64,000 nt of DNA from a virus, in the IMG/VR virus record IMGVR_UViG_3300027747_002638. One strand, 5' to 3'. This document shows, piece by piece, positions 1-8,887 of the stretch. A program made the position numbers and the translations under genes. The notes under the pieces are model-generated. The model saw nothing but the letters and a program-made list of their open reading frames with translations, made no database searches and was not told where the DNA came from. Positions within the stretch are counted from its first letter, which is position 1. Each line of letters begins with the position of its first letter.

Positions 1-1062
1 AATAAGAAAATATCTTCTTACTCAGAAAATGATGTGCCAGTTAATATCTTTGAAGGAGTCGAAGATTTAATTGAGGAAATAGGTAATTCTCCAAAAGAAG
101 AAACTGGACTAATTACTCCTTATCCAGAGTTTAATAGAATGTATGGTGGTTTAAAAAATGGAAATATTTATGCTATTGCGAGTAGGCCAGGTCAAGGAAA
201 AAGTACTTGGTTAAATGATATCTGTTTTAAAACAGCAACTAATCCAAAAAATAAAACTAAAACTCTAATTCTTGATACAGAAATGCAAACAGTAGACATT
301 CAATTAAGAATGGTTGCCTCTTTAAGTGGAGTACCAGTTTGGTATCTTGAAACTGGTAATTGGAGAAAAAATGAAGAGATGACGAAAAAAGTAAGAGATT
401 CTTGGGCTAAAGTTAAGAACTATGAATACTTTCATTATCACGTTGGAAATAAAAACATAGATCAAATTTGCTCTTTAATTAGAAGATGGTATTTATCAAA
501 AGTAGGAAGAGGAAATCAAGCCATGATAGCTTATGATTACATCAAATTAACTGGAGAAAAGGTTGGGCAAAATTGGGCAGAGCATCAAGCTATTGGTGAC
601 AAGATCGATAAACTAAAAAGAATTTCAGAAGAAATACATTGTCCAATCATAACAGCGATGCAATTAAATAGAACTGGCGAAAGCTTTAACAGAAAAGGTG
701 CAGAAGTGGTAGATGATAGCTCGGTAATTTCTCTTTCAGATAGACTTCAATGGTTTGCTTCATTCGTAGCAATCTTCAGAAGAAAAACTTTAGATGAGTT
801 AACCTTAGACGGCCAAGCATTTGGAACACATAAACTAATTCCAACTAAAACTAGATTTCAAGGAAAAGACGCAGCGGGTCATCAAGATTTAGTTAGAAGA
901 CTAGATTGCACTGGTAAAGAAGTATGGTCTCAAAATTATTTAAATTATAATGTTCAAAATTTTAACATTGAAGAAAGAGGATCACTAATTGATGTTGCCG
1001 AAAGACAAAGAGAGCAATATGAATTAAATGATGCAAACGCTAATGATGGAGAACTATTATGA
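1..1062 (+). CDS. dnaB: Replicative DNA helicase, DnaB family (5'-partial; frame is open from base 1)
   Basis: Walker A ASRPGQGKST, DTEM motif, Walker B IAYDYI, AMQLNR motif; no stop upstream of the GTG at 34. Confidence 0.93.
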   Translation, partial: NKKISSYSENDVPVNIFEGVEDLIEEIGNSPKEETGLITPYPEFNRMYGGLKNGNIYAIASRPGQGKSTWLNDICFKTATNPKNKTKTLILDTEMQTVDIQLRMVASLSGVPVWYLETGNWRKNEEMTKKVRDSWAKVKNYEYFHYHVGNKNIDQICSLIRRWYLSKVGRGNQAMIAYDYIKLTGEKVGQNWAEHQAIGDKIDKLKRISEEIHCPIITAMQLNRTGESFNRKGAEVVDDSSVISLSDRLQWFASFVAIFRRKTLDELTLDGQAFGTHKLIPTKTRFQGKDAAGHQDLVRRLDCTGKEVWSQNYLNYNVQNFNIEERGSLIDVAERQREQYELNDANANDGELL

Positions 1063-1715
1063 ATGTAGAATTAATATCAGTAACAAATCCTAAAATGAAT
1101 CGAATTAAAAATGCAGAAGATTTAGTTGCATTTTGCGCTAGAGTTAGCAATCCTTCAAATCAAATGAATGTTGAAACTGCACCAAAGCTTTTAAAATTTT
1201 TAATAAAACACAAACATTGGAGTCCATTTGAATTAGTTGATATGTGCGTTGAAATTAAAACTAGTAGAGGTATTGCAGCGCAAATTCTTAGACATAGATC
1301 ATTTAGTTTTCAAGAATTTAGTCAAAGATATAGTATCGCCAATGAATTTGAAGACATAGAGCTTCGTATGCAGGGAGATAAAAATAGGCAAGTTGGAGAG
1401 AAACTATTACCAGTTAATACGGACGCATACGATAAAATCAATGAACTTTTAATAGAATCCCTATCTATTTCACAACATTGTTACGATACAATGATTGAAA
1501 ATGGCGTAGCTAAAGAAGTAGCTAGAATGGTTTTGCCATTAACAACTCAAACTACAATGTACATGAAAGGATCATTAAGAAGCTGGATTCACTACATCGA
1601 GTTAAGAACAGAGCAGAATACTCAAAAAGAACATAGAATTATCGCAGAAAAATGTAAAAAAATCTTTATTAAACAATTTCCAGTTATAAGCGAGGCTTTA
1701 GAATGGAAGAGTTAA
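1059..1715 (+). CDS. thyX: FAD-dependent thymidylate synthase ThyX
   Basis: Signature RHRSFSFQEFSQRY, HKHWSPFE, KEVARMVLP, TQKEHR. Confidence 0.96.
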   Translation: MNVELISVTNPKMNRIKNAEDLVAFCARVSNPSNQMNVETAPKLLKFLIKHKHWSPFELVDMCVEIKTSRGIAAQILRHRSFSFQEFSQRYSIANEFEDIELRMQGDKNRQVGEKLLPVNTDAYDKINELLIESLSISQHCYDTMIENGVAKEVARMVLPLTTQTTMYMKGSLRSWIHYIELRTEQNTQKEHRIIAEKCKKIFIKQFPVISEALEWKS

Positions 1716-2608
1716 ACGTTTACCAAGTCCTAACAGATCTTGGATATCAATTAAAAGATTATGGTAAAGAGTTTAGAACAAAGCCTTTATACAGAGAAAG
1801 TGATAATGATACAGTATTAAGAATATATAAAGATACTGGCAAATGGTTTGATTTTAAACAAAATATAAGTGGCGATATAAATTCTCTAGTTAAATTAACC
1901 TTAAAACTAGAAGATATGAGCCAAGCTCAACAATGGTTGAAAAATAAAAATTTTGTTTCAAATAATGCTACTGAAATTAATAAACCACTTATAAAGTCTT
2001 CGAAAAAATTTGATACAGAAATCTTATCTAGATTAGAAGACAATCAAGATTATTGGATCAATAGAGGAGTCGATATCGAAACGTTAAAGACCTTTAAAGG
2101 TGGAGTTGCAAAAATGGGAAAGATGAAAAATCGATATGTGTTTCCAATATTCAATTCAAAAAATAACATTATAGGATTTTCTGGCAGAGATATTACAAAT
2201 TTATCTAAAATAAAATGGAAACATCTCGGTGAAAAAACAGAGTTTCTTTATCCATTATTTCTTAATTCAGAAATAATACAAGAACAAAGAGAATTAATTT
2301 TAGTTGAAAGCATTGGAGACATGCTGAGTCTTTGGCAAGCTGGAATTAAAAATACCTTAGTTACATTCGGAACGAGCTTAAGTTTAGCGATTTTAAATTA
2401 TTGTTTAAAAATTGATCCCAAGAAAATTTATATCAGTTTAAATAATGATTCAAATAAGAATAACGCTGGAAATATTGCAGCAGAAAAAACTCAAGCTAGA
2501 TTAAGTAGGTATTTTGATAAAAGTCAATTAAAAATATCCTTACCACCCAAAAAAGATTTTGGTGAAATGATAAAAGAAGAAATAGTTCAATGGAAAAACA
2601 ATCTTTAA
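1703..2608 (+). CDS. dnaG: DNA primase, DnaG type (TOPRIM), with a degenerate zinc-binding domain
   Basis: RYVFPI..IIGFSGR, LILVESIGD, SLNND, KDFGE motifs; sits beside the helicase. Confidence 0.9.
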   Translation: MEELNVYQVLTDLGYQLKDYGKEFRTKPLYRESDNDTVLRIYKDTGKWFDFKQNISGDINSLVKLTLKLEDMSQAQQWLKNKNFVSNNATEINKPLIKSSKKFDTEILSRLEDNQDYWINRGVDIETLKTFKGGVAKMGKMKNRYVFPIFNSKNNIIGFSGRDITNLSKIKWKHLGEKTEFLYPLFLNSEIIQEQRELILVESIGDMLSLWQAGIKNTLVTFGTSLSLAILNYCLKIDPKKIYISLNNDSNKNNAGNIAAEKTQARLSRYFDKSQLKISLPPKKDFGEMIKEEIVQWKNNL

Positions 2609-3555
2609 AAGTATTATCTGCTTCTAGAATTAAAACTCTTGAGACTTGTTCTTGGGTTTATTGGAATAACTATCATACGAAAGTTCCTCAAAGTCAAAAC
2701 GATGGAGCTTTAAGAGGAACAATATGTCATACAATTTTTGAATTACTATTAAAGAAAAGACATCTTAAAAATTACAAAAGAATAATAAAAAAGAACGCTA
2801 TAAATGGAGATGAAGGAGTAGATAGGTTAGTTAAAAAATTATCAGCAAAAGTTAAACTTGATGAAAGCAATTACAAACTATTAAATGACATGATTTTAGT
2901 TGGTCTTAAAAACGACTTTTTTGGAGAAGGCGGGGAAATCGTTAAACCAGAGTATGATTTTGAAATTAAAAATGACGAGCCCAAATACCATATTCGTGGT
3001 TTTATAGATAAGCCTATTAAAATCAAAAAAGAAATGCATATAATAGACTACAAAAGCTCCAAATACAAGTTTAGGGGTGATGACCTTGAAGCTAATATTC
3101 AAGCTATGATGTATAGTCTAGCGAGTAAAAAATTATGGCCAAAATTAAAGCCAATAGTAAAATTCTTATTTCTTAGATTCCCAAAGCAACCTATTCAAGA
3201 ACTAGTATTTGATGATGATCAAATTAAGGGATTCGAGCATTATCTTGAGCATATTAATAACTACGTTAATAAATTTGACGAAGAATCTGCTAGATCAAAC
3301 TTCGCTGTAGATAATGTTAAGAATAAATGGATGTGTCAAGTCGGTGGATGGAAATGTCCATATAAAGATCCATATAAATATTATGTTAAACTAAATGATA
3401 AAGGCGAAGTAGTAGAAACTAGTCTAGAAGATAACTTTAAAGATATCAAAGGATTTAAAGTAGAAACTCGAACATATCAAGGATGTCCAAAGTTCCAAAC
3501 TAGTTTAGCTAAAGACGACTTTTTAGATGATTCAAAAGACGAATTTTTAGATTGA
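2590..3555 (+). CDS. PD-(D/E)XK exonuclease (RecB/AddB/Cas4-like, probable Fe-S cluster)
   Basis: LSASRIKTLETC, RGTICH, RGFIDK, IIDYKS, Q..MY, and C-terminal C..(x6)..CPY and GCP cysteines. Confidence 0.88.
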   Translation: MEKQSLKVLSASRIKTLETCSWVYWNNYHTKVPQSQNDGALRGTICHTIFELLLKKRHLKNYKRIIKKNAINGDEGVDRLVKKLSAKVKLDESNYKLLNDMILVGLKNDFFGEGGEIVKPEYDFEIKNDEPKYHIRGFIDKPIKIKKEMHIIDYKSSKYKFRGDDLEANIQAMMYSLASKKLWPKLKPIVKFLFLRFPKQPIQELVFDDDQIKGFEHYLEHINNYVNKFDEESARSNFAVDNVKNKWMCQVGGWKCPYKDPYKYYVKLNDKGEVVETSLEDNFKDIKGFKVETRTYQGCPKFQTSLAKDDFLDDSKDEFLD

Positions 3556-3580
3556 TATATTTATAAATTCTTGTTATATT
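3552..3580 (+). promoter_or_regulatory. sigma70-type promoter, leaderless transcript
   Basis: TTGATA-17 nt-TATATT with extended TG; ATG at 3588 lies 7 nt downstream; the -35 overlaps the upstream TGA stop. Confidence 0.6.
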
Positions 3581-3587
3581 GGTAAAA

Positions 3588-4325
3588 ATGATACCTTTAT
3601 TTAAATCTCATTATTCTTTAGGAAGATCCATTCTTACATTAGAAGATAAACTTGAAAGAGATGAATATCCAGACTCTATTATTCAAATCGCAAAAGAGAA
3701 CAAATTAAGTGAAATATTTTTAGTTGAAGATAATATGTCTTCTTTTCTAGAAGCCTATACAAACACAAAGAACAATAATATTAAATTAAATTATGGGTTA
3801 AGAGTTTCCGTAACGGAAAATATAAGTGATAAAACAGATGAATCTAGACTTAAAAATTCAAAATTTATTTTATTTTTTAAAAATAAAAAAGGATATGAGC
3901 TACTCACTAAACTATTCAGTATAGCTGCAAAAGATGGTTTTTATTATGAACCAAGACTTGATTATTCAACTATAGAAAAAAATTGGACAGAAGATTTAAT
4001 ACTGGCGATTCCATTTTATGATTCTTTTATATTTAATAATACATTAAAAAATACCATATGCGTACCTCAACTTAATTTTACAAAACCTATAGCATTTATT
4101 GAAGATAATGATTTACCTTTTGATTTAATAGTTAAAGAAAAAATGCTATCTTTCGCAGAGAAAAATGATTTAGAAGTTTTTAACACAAAGAGTATTTATT
4201 ACAATAGTAAAAAAGATTTTAAAACATATTTAACTTTTAGATGTATTAATAATCGTAGTATCCTAAATAAACCAGAGTTAGATCATATGACAAGCAATGA
4301 ATTTTGCTTTGAGAGCATAAAATGA
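3588..4325 (+). CDS. Stand-alone PHP domain of DNA polymerase III alpha (N-terminal part of DnaE)
   Basis: FKSHYSL, KNKKGYELLTKLFS and GFYYEPRLD match the DnaE N-terminal PHP pattern; metal ligands appear partly lost; start moved to ATG 3588. Confidence 0.85.
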   Translation: MIPLFKSHYSLGRSILTLEDKLERDEYPDSIIQIAKENKLSEIFLVEDNMSSFLEAYTNTKNNNIKLNYGLRVSVTENISDKTDESRLKNSKFILFFKNKKGYELLTKLFSIAAKDGFYYEPRLDYSTIEKNWTEDLILAIPFYDSFIFNNTLKNTICVPQLNFTKPIAFIEDNDLPFDLIVKEKMLSFAEKNDLEVFNTKSIYYNSKKDFKTYLTFRCINNRSILNKPELDHMTSNEFCFESIK

Positions 4326-4861
4326 TAACAGAAGATTATCAAGTAATTCAAGACCCTATTGTTATCGTTAATAAATACAACGGCAAAACAAGACAACTAT
4401 CTTCAAATGAAGATAGAACTCACGATTACAGAACTATGTTAATGGAAGAAAATCGTCTATATGCTATAGATTTAGATTTAATTTGTCTTAAGTATGTTGA
4501 AAATAAAGCAGTTTATGTTGCAGGATTAGAATTAACAAGGATAGGCGATCATCATTCTGGAGATCCAGATATTAATTTTTTTATAAAAGTTGTCAACAGA
4601 TATAGAGCTCAAGGGCAAAAAAAATTAAGCGTTGATATAACTAGCAAATTACATTGCCCATCAATTATCGTTGCGTTTTCTAGAGATTTAATGGACTTCT
4701 ATCTTTACAACTTGACAAAGGATGATAACAAATGGTATTATCAAAATAGATTGAAACACCTAGAATGGCATTACCTAATAAGAGATAGAGAAATTCCAAA
4801 AGAACTTTATGAAGATAAAAAAAATGATATGAAATCAATTCAAGGATCATTTACAATATAG
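4322..4861 (+). CDS. Hypothetical protein, weak restriction-endonuclease-like (IDLD...LELT) pattern
   Basis: 179-aa ORF with an ATGA overlap to the PHP gene. Confidence 0.6.
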   Translation: MITEDYQVIQDPIVIVNKYNGKTRQLSSNEDRTHDYRTMLMEENRLYAIDLDLICLKYVENKAVYVAGLELTRIGDHHSGDPDINFFIKVVNRYRAQGQKKLSVDITSKLHCPSIIVAFSRDLMDFYLYNLTKDDNKWYYQNRLKHLEWHYLIRDREIPKELYEDKKNDMKSIQGSFTI

Positions 4862-4863
4862 TT

Positions 4864-5502
4864 ATGGACGAGCATTTATTAAGATATAATAAAGATAAAA
4901 CTTTGGTATTCATAGATTGTGAAACATTTAATTTATGTTTAAATTTTTGTCATAATATTCCTTGGCAAATAGCTATGCTAAAAGTAAAAGGAGATAAAAA
5001 AATTGATCAAAAGAACTTTTATTTAAAATGGCAAACAGATTTAAAAATAAGTCAAGATGCGGCTAGAATTACAAGGTATGATCACAAAAAAGTTCAAAAA
5101 GAAGGTTACGATCCAAAGGAAGTATTCCCAACAATTAAGGATTGGCTAGATCATGCTGATTATATTGTAGGGCATAATACTTTAGGTTTTGACATTTATC
5201 TTATTAAAGAGTATTATAAATATATGGGATGTAGTTGGCATCATTTAATTAATAAATTTATCGACACTAATACTATGGCTAGAGGAATTAAATATGGCAT
5301 GCCATATAATCCAAAAGAAAGTTTAATAGAATATCAATATAAAATATATCATACAAGGAAAAAAAATGTTAAAAGTTCTCTTACTTTCTTAGGAAAAGAA
5401 AATGGAATAGATCATGATTATGAAAAATTACATGATGCTATTAATGATCTTGACTTAAACTTAAAAGTATGGAATAAATTAAAGTGGCAGGTTGAAATTT
5501 AA
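4864..5502 (+). CDS. DEDDh 3'-5' exonuclease (DnaQ/Pol III epsilon-like)
   Basis: ExoI FIDCET, ExoII GHNTLGFD, ExoIII HDAINDL. Confidence 0.92.
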   Translation: MDEHLLRYNKDKTLVFIDCETFNLCLNFCHNIPWQIAMLKVKGDKKIDQKNFYLKWQTDLKISQDAARITRYDHKKVQKEGYDPKEVFPTIKDWLDHADYIVGHNTLGFDIYLIKEYYKYMGCSWHHLINKFIDTNTMARGIKYGMPYNPKESLIEYQYKIYHTRKKNVKSSLTFLGKENGIDHDYEKLHDAINDLDLNLKVWNKLKWQVEI

Positions 5503-5503
5503 T

Positions 5504-5734
5504 ATGGCATCATTAGACGATATTTACGATATGCTTCAAAAGCTAGATGACTCTAATATAGAGTATTTGCTTATTACTGTTCAAAAAGGTAAGAAAAATG
5601 GTAAAGCAGACGTATTCTTTTCGTTAAAAAATGATGATTCCATGAGGATTCTCTCTAGTGGTCTTAAGGAATTTAATAAAGAAATAGATAAAATAAAAAG
5701 AGACGAAGATAAAGACGAAGAAGATGAAGAGTAA
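5504..5734 (+). CDS. Small acidic-tailed hypothetical protein
   Basis: ATG 1 nt after the exonuclease stop; overlaps the dnaE start. Confidence 0.65.
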   Translation: MASLDDIYDMLQKLDDSNIEYLLITVQKGKKNGKADVFFSLKNDDSMRILSSGLKEFNKEIDKIKRDEDKDEEDEE

Positions 5735-8309
5735 TCTATTACAAGATAAAGTATTTTCATCAAAATTCCAAAGTACAGATTTGGGATTGCATGGCGTTAG
5801 ACTACCAGAGTTTAATATAGAGCTTTCGTCAAAAAGACATTTAAACATAAGTGAAGATTCTAGTAATTATGATTTCTTAAGAGCATTAGCCTTAAATGGT
5901 TTTAAAGAATTAAAGATTAATAAAGAAAATAAAGATTACAAAAAATATACAGATCGGGCAAAATACGAACTTGAAACTTTAAAGGAATTAGGTTTTATAG
6001 ATTATATTCTATTGGTTTGGGATGTTATTAACTTTTGTAAAACTAATAATATTCCAGTAGGCTTAGGTCGAGGATCTGCTGCTGGATCATTAATATTATA
6101 TCTTATTGGGGTGACTAGGATTGACCCAGTAAAATATGATCTTTATTTCGAAAGATTTATATCCAAGATTCGTGCTAAAAAGCAGGTTGTTGATGGAATA
6201 ACGTATTTGGATGGTAGTTTGATGTGCGATGTTGATTTGGATATTTGTTATTATAATAGACAAAAAGTTCTTCAGTACTTAGAAAATAAGTTTAGGGGTA
6301 AAACTAGTAAAATTTTAACCTTAAATACTTTAAGTGGAAAGCTTTTGATCAAGGAATGTGGAAAAATTATCGGTGAAAAAACAGAAGAAGAAATGACGAT
6401 GATATCTTCGCTAATACCAAAAGTTTATGGTCAAGTAAAAGATATTAATCAAGCTTATGAAGAAGTTGAGAAATTTAAAGAATGGTGCGATGAAAATAAA
6501 GAGACTTATCAAATAGCTTTAAAATTAAGAGATTTAATTAAAAACAAGGGAGTCCATCCATCTGGCGTATTACTTTCTTATTACGACTTAGAAACCATTT
6601 GCCCAACTGAATTATCATCTGATAAAGAACCAGTTTCAAGTTTCGATATGAATTGGGTTAGCATGTTTAATATTAAACTTGATATTCTTGGCCTAAGAAG
6701 TGTTTCTGTAGTAGATGATGTTTGTAAGAATATTGGAATCAAAGTAGAAGATATCGATTTAAATCATGAATCTATTTATAGAAATCTGCAAGAGTTGAAA
6801 TCACCACATGGACTTTTTCAAATCGAAGCAGACACCAATTTTAGAGTTTGTCAAAAAGTTAAACCTAAAAACTTAGAAGAACTAAGTGGCGTATTAGCTC
6901 TTGCAAGACCTGGAGCATTACAATTCGTAGATAAATATGCTGCTCATACAAATTATCAGCAATCCGAAAGTATTCATCCATTTTTTGACGATATTCTAAA
7001 AGAAACTGGCGGAGTAGCTCTTTATCAAGAACAGTTAATGAAAATGGCTCATAAGATTGGTTTTACTCTTGATGAAGCAGAAATTTTAAGAAGAATTGTA
7101 GGAAAGAAGAAGATTGAAGAGATTAAAGCTTGGAAAAAGAAGATTGAATCAAAGATCAAAGAAAATAAAATACCAAAAGAAGTAGGAGAAATTCTATGGA
7201 AGATTCTAGAGGACTCTGCGAATTACTCATTCAATAAGAGCCATTCGCTTGCTTATGCAGCTTTAGCCGCAGTTACAATTTATTTAAAATTTAATTATCC
7301 TCAACAATTCTTTTTATCGTTATTAAAAATGAGCAGAAATGAACCAGATCCAATTGGTGAAATTTCTAAGATTCAAAAAGAAATGCATGAATTCGATATT
7401 AAACTACTTCCTCCACATATCATTAAGTCAGAGATGGATTTCTCAACAGAAGATAAAGATATCAGATTCGGTTTATTATCAATCAAAGGAATTAGTGATA
7501 AATCTATTGAGAAACTAAACAGCTTTAGAAACAAGTATTCTAATAAGTTCGAAATCTTTCAAGCAGCAGAAGAAGCTAATCTTAACATTGGAGTTTTATC
7601 TTCTTTAATTCAAGCTGGAGCATTAAGTGGTTTTAATCAATCTAGAAGTAAAATTGTATTAGAAGCTCAATTATGGAATATTTTAACTTCTAAAGAAAAG
7701 AAATATTCAATTTCATTTGCAGATCAATTTGATTATGATCTTATTAAGATTATAAAACATTTGAATAAATTCACAGATGAAAAGAATCATGTAATCATTA
7801 AAGATACTAGATTGAATACTATTAAAACTAAATATACTCCATATCTAGAAATTTATAATCAGAATAGTAAAAGTGAAAGTTTTGCTAATTGGTATTACGA
7901 AAAGAAGCTTCTAGGATATACTTACAATAAGAATCTAAGAGATATTTTTGCGGAAAAGAGAGAAAACCTTAAATATATAAGCGATATTATTGATGAGCAA
8001 GTTAATACCAAAGTAGCTTTGGTAGGTCAAATCGAAGAAGTTTATACTGGCGTATCTAAAAATGAAAAGAAAACTAGATATGTAAGATTAAAAATAGCAG
8101 ATGAAACATCTTCAATTAGCGTGTTAATATTTAATGATAATATTGAAAATAATAAACTATTAAATAATAAAGCTTTTGAAGAAGGCAATATTGTTATAGC
8201 AAAAGGCTCAAAAAGAGATGATTGTATATTTGGAGATTTAATAGCAATTCAAGATCATCAAATTTACATGAAATTAAATGATTTAAAAAAGATAGATAAA
8301 AATAATTGA
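5724..8309 (+). CDS. dnaE: DNA polymerase III alpha catalytic core lacking the PHP domain
   Basis: GRGSAAGSL, FERF, catalytic CDVDLD, HPSGV, KLDILGL, YQEQLM, YSFNKSH, IRFGLLSIKG; C-terminal OB fold. Confidence 0.96.
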   Translation: MKSNLLQDKVFSSKFQSTDLGLHGVRLPEFNIELSSKRHLNISEDSSNYDFLRALALNGFKELKINKENKDYKKYTDRAKYELETLKELGFIDYILLVWDVINFCKTNNIPVGLGRGSAAGSLILYLIGVTRIDPVKYDLYFERFISKIRAKKQVVDGITYLDGSLMCDVDLDICYYNRQKVLQYLENKFRGKTSKILTLNTLSGKLLIKECGKIIGEKTEEEMTMISSLIPKVYGQVKDINQAYEEVEKFKEWCDENKETYQIALKLRDLIKNKGVHPSGVLLSYYDLETICPTELSSDKEPVSSFDMNWVSMFNIKLDILGLRSVSVVDDVCKNIGIKVEDIDLNHESIYRNLQELKSPHGLFQIEADTNFRVCQKVKPKNLEELSGVLALARPGALQFVDKYAAHTNYQQSESIHPFFDDILKETGGVALYQEQLMKMAHKIGFTLDEAEILRRIVGKKKIEEIKAWKKKIESKIKENKIPKEVGEILWKILEDSANYSFNKSHSLAYAALAAVTIYLKFNYPQQFFLSLLKMSRNEPDPIGEISKIQKEMHEFDIKLLPPHIIKSEMDFSTEDKDIRFGLLSIKGISDKSIEKLNSFRNKYSNKFEIFQAAEEANLNIGVLSSLIQAGALSGFNQSRSKIVLEAQLWNILTSKEKKYSISFADQFDYDLIKIIKHLNKFTDEKNHVIIKDTRLNTIKTKYTPYLEIYNQNSKSESFANWYYEKKLLGYTYNKNLRDIFAEKRENLKYISDIIDEQVNTKVALVGQIEEVYTGVSKNEKKTRYVRLKIADETSSISVLIFNDNIENNKLLNNKAFEEGNIVIAKGSKRDDCIFGDLIAIQDHQIYMKLNDLKKIDKNN

Positions 8310-8334
8310 CATTTATTATCATTAATGATAATAT
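8306..8334 (+). promoter_or_regulatory. sigma70-type promoter, leaderless transcript
   Basis: TTGACA-17 nt-TAATAT with extended TG; ATG at 8342 lies 7 nt downstream. Confidence 0.7.
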
Positions 8335-8341
8335 AAGTAAT

Positions 8342-8881
8342 ATGATATCTTTTTATAAACCAAATAGCAAAAATACAGGCACAGCTTGTAGTTTTAGCGT
8401 AAATTCAAAAGACGGCTCCATTTGGAGTTCATTAATTAAGCAAAGCGCTTGGAACGAAGGCACAAAGACTGGATCATTTTCAGACAATAGAGATAATCCT
8501 CAAAAAAGTGCAAAAATTAAATTCTCTATTACAGAAACCGCAGGTTTAATAGACGCTCTAGAAAGAAATACAGAGTTTTCAGCATACCATTCATCTGACA
8601 AGCAAATAACAAAAATCAAACTATCACCATATATTAGAGATGATAAACAAGTTGGATTTTCTTATAGCGTTAATAAAGAGAACAAAGATAATATTGAAAA
8701 CAAGCAATCCTATTTAATTGGATTTTATTTCAATGAGGCTAGACTTTTAAGAGAATTTTTGATTCATTCTCTACATTCAGTCTTCAAGTCTCAAGAATTA
8801 GAAAATATTAAAAAATATAAAAATTCAAAACAAACGCAAAGTAATAATACAAATACAGACACTGATGGAGAAATTTGGTAA
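8342..8881 (+). CDS. Putative ssDNA-binding protein, Whirly/PC4-like fold
   Basis: KFSITETAGLI..FSAYH..GFSYSV..IGFYFNEARLL resembles the Whirly pattern; acidic-aromatic tail DTDGEIW; next to the polymerase. Confidence 0.55.
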   Translation: MISFYKPNSKNTGTACSFSVNSKDGSIWSSLIKQSAWNEGTKTGSFSDNRDNPQKSAKIKFSITETAGLIDALERNTEFSAYHSSDKQITKIKLSPYIRDDKQVGFSYSVNKENKDNIENKQSYLIGFYFNEARLLREFLIHSLHSVFKSQELENIKKYKNSKQTQSNNTNTDTDGEIW

Positions 8882-8887
8882 TAAATT

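Noticed and set aside
2590-3555. Cas4 of a CRISPR system
   Set aside because: No other cas genes or array; the replication context fits a stand-alone phage exonuclease.
3588-8309. Split intein joining PHP and DnaE
   Set aside because: No intein terminal motifs (N-terminal C/S block, C-terminal HN) at the ends of either ORF.
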